Source of the DNA: Octopus sinensis
Taxonomy: Eukaryota
Reading direction: 5' to 3'
Assembly (NCBI RefSeq): GCF_006345805.1
Contig: NW_021836760.1
Span: 1 to 23,083, forward strand
Length of the DNA stretch: 23,083 bases
Shown: positions 20,666-23,083 of the stretch, in pieces
How the letters are laid out: every line of letters starts with the position of its first letter
Numbering within the stretch: the first letter of the stretch is position 1
Position numbers and translations under genes: made by a program
Notes under the pieces: generated by a model
Database searches by the model: none
Told to the model about the DNA's origin: nothing
The model's input: only the letters and a program-made list of their open reading frames with translations

Positions 20666-21221
20666 GAGGTCAAATTTTGAAATATACATATATATATATA
20701 TACACACATATATAATGTATGTATGTATGTATGTATATATGTCTGTATATATGTATGTATTTATGCATCTGTGTGTGTGTGTAATCAACCCTTTCTCATG
20801 TCTAACCACCCTTTCTCCTGTCGCTGCGTCATTACAGTATTTTCCTCCACTATACTCTTTGAATACTGGTTAATAAAGGCAACCTATTTAACATATCCAA
20901 TAGGAAATCTAAAATATTAATACTTCTAGTCAATTAATTCTGGGCTGAAGCGATTCAGTAACTTGGGAAAGATATGTGCTATCGTATATATTAGACTCAT
21001 CTTATACATTTCATCCAGTGGCCCAAATCATTCACATGGGAAAGATCATCAGCATTTTCAAAGTAAAACCAACAGCCATAAAACTTTCAAAAGGCTCCTT
21101 TATGGCTGCTTAGTCTGTAAATACTGACAATAATTCTTGGTAAAATCAGTCATAGTCACCGACCAGAAATCGCCTTTTCACCATAGCAATGCCTCCATGG
21201 AAAATAAAATGTACTTTGAAT

Positions 21222-21582
21222 CAATGGTCCTCAACCAAAGTCCATATAAGATATTCTTATGATTCCCGCAAGCAAAACAGTAAATTAGGGGCCTACGGTG
21301 GTATTTTTGAATCCATGAAAAAAATTTGTTTCAGACGTATTTATTGCCGGAAGCTATTAGGTTTCTTTTTCTAACGCTTTACATAGTTCAACAGGTTTCC
21401 TACCAATAAAACGGTCTCTCAGAGAGTGCTATAGCAAGCTTACACAAGTAAATGTGTGAAAAACAAAATAGGAATTTAGAATCTATAAAATTAGTTTTTA
21501 AGCATCCAATTGGCTATACGGGCCATCGGTGTAAAATGGCAACCAAAGGGGTCCATAAGTAGAAAACAGTTGAGAACCACTG
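21222..21582. mobile_element. Old hAT/Charlie-type MITE relic
   Basis: Left CAATGGTCCTCAAC versus right GTTGAGAACCACTG (12/14 inverted match); TSD no longer recognisable. Confidence 0.55.
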
Positions 21583-22593
21583 CTATACACAGTGTATGCC
21601 ATGCAGGCTTTAGTACCTTACCACTAAGTCTCGTGACATTTCATAAAAGAATAACTAAGACTTAGCCTTATCCACCTTCCTGCCATGCCTCAACAAGGAT
21701 GACTCCATAAGTAATCATCCTCCTTATATTTTCCCCATAATTATCAACCTAAAAGAATTCAAACAAAACATCAAATGAATGCATCACACTATGGTTATCC
21801 GAACCGCTCCTTCTCCAACTAATAACATATAAACGTGTTTTTAAGAAAACGGTTAAATTACCGGCCTTTTGGAATATTATTACCTAATTTCAATTTCAAA
21901 TTCATAATTAGCCGCTTTTGATAATGGATTGCTTTAGATTTGCTAGCCCTTTGTCTCAAAAAAAAAATATGGAAAAAGGGTTGCACAAGAGAAATTGAAA
22001 ACATATTTTTGTTCATTATTTTGAAGCTCCTGCGAATTGTTAGGTCCTAATCTGAATTTTGTTTAGCCTGGAACAAAATCTGGTGCTTTTAATTCTGTAC
22101 TGTTCAATAAACCACCATCAATAAATATGATACAGTATGATTCACGAATATAAAGGAATTATTAAGGAAAGTTATTGACCATTCAGGAAGTTTTCTCTGT
22201 CAGTAAAAGTAGATAACAGAAAAAGCAGCTATGAATTTAATAATTCGCATCCTGTCACAGGCATTGGTGCTTGTGGCAAACACTCTCGATTTAAACTGCT
22301 AAGCTACATAAAAGTACTATAGGTTAGGAGTTTGTTCACCCCAAACATCAGGAACAATAGTCTTTAAAAATGTTCAATGGCTTAAATTGCTGAGTTCGAC
22401 TTTTTCCTTTTTACAAATTCCTTAAGCTGAATGTCTCTTGATACACTAGTAGCTGGTTTATCATGAATGAATGATGCTGTATGTCAGGGTCACCAATTAC
22501 CCAAAAGTATATTTACTTACGACGATGTTACCCCCTTGATTTTAGAGGAAGAAAATCATGATTTCTTTGAATTTAAAAGATTTATTGAATCTA

Positions 22594-23083
22594 CTGGATC
22601 ACCTCATAAATAATGCAGTTTTTTCAAATGCATGAACTAAAAGTCGGAGGGGGCGGTATAAATTACCTGCATCAATTTGCTATAAAAGTAGGTAGTAATT
22701 TTACCTTGTGCTTATTCTTAGTGCAAGTTTTGAAGAGTACAGTTATTTTTTCAAAGCTACAATGGAAGTGACGAAGGAGCATATTCGACATATTTTGCTT
22801 TTTCAGTTCAATAAAGGTAACAATGCAATGGAAAGTGCAAGGAATATTAATGCAGTATATAGGGATCGGACAATAAGCGTAAGCCTGTGTCATCGATGGT
22901 TCCAGAAATTCCAAGTCAGAAACTACAACCTAGAAGACGTGCCTCGTCTTGGAAGATCTGTAGAGCTTGACGAGGACGTCCTGCAAACTCTGGGGGGAAC
23001 AAAGTCCCATCGTAACTGTGAAGAACTAGCTGAGAAGCTTGGATTTGGGTCATTCAACCATTCATTGACACATGCGTGCCTTC
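22594..23083 (+). mobile_element. Mariner (Tc1/mariner) element 5' end, running off the window
   Basis: TA at 22592-22593, then TIR-like CTGGATCACCTCATAAATAATGCAGTTTTTT; transposase ATG at 22762. Confidence 0.85.
22762..23083 (+). pseudogene. Mariner transposase N-terminal HTH region, frameshifted
   Basis: MEVTKEHIRHILLFQFNKGNNAMESARNINAVY...RWFQKF...NLEDVPRLGRSVELDEDVLQTL...EELAEKLG matches mariner paired-HTH domains. Apparent indels near 22992-23020 and 23048, and a TGA at about 23066 in the expected HSTIH frame. Confidence 0.85.

Noticed and set aside
22461-22612. Protein-like short frame MNDAVCQGHQLPKSIFTYDDVTPLILEEENHDFFEFKRFIES
   Set aside because: About 50 codons, an in-frame stop immediately upstream, runs into the mariner TIR, and no recognisable family; a TBLASTX of 21780-22590 would settle whether it is a decayed coding relic.

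Overview
Eukaryotic, AT-rich, repeat-saturated non-coding DNA (intron or intergenic). The SINE, MITE and microsatellite repertoire looks like a coleoid cephalopod, probably Octopus; this is inferred from repeat style, not a database hit. I find no intact host gene, and nearly all ORFs in the track are microsatellite or repeat artefacts. Decayed coding transposon relics: a CR1-group LINE 3' end (1-972, +), an R4/Dong-like retrotransposon with a restriction-like endonuclease sitting in (TAA)n (12762-14350, -), and a mariner 5' end (22594-end, +). Non-coding mobile elements: two SINE families (about 8 copies or fragments), a GGATC-ended TIR family with exact 8-bp TSDs, hAT/Charlie MITEs and a Helentron-type element. 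Most unusual structures: a 539-bp near-perfect palindrome, a fold-back satellite, a dense run of inverted repeats at 3.4-9.5 kb, three degenerate minimal hammerhead-like motifs, and a twin-hairpin segment with a let-7-like string. None is demonstrably a new biological system from sequence alone.
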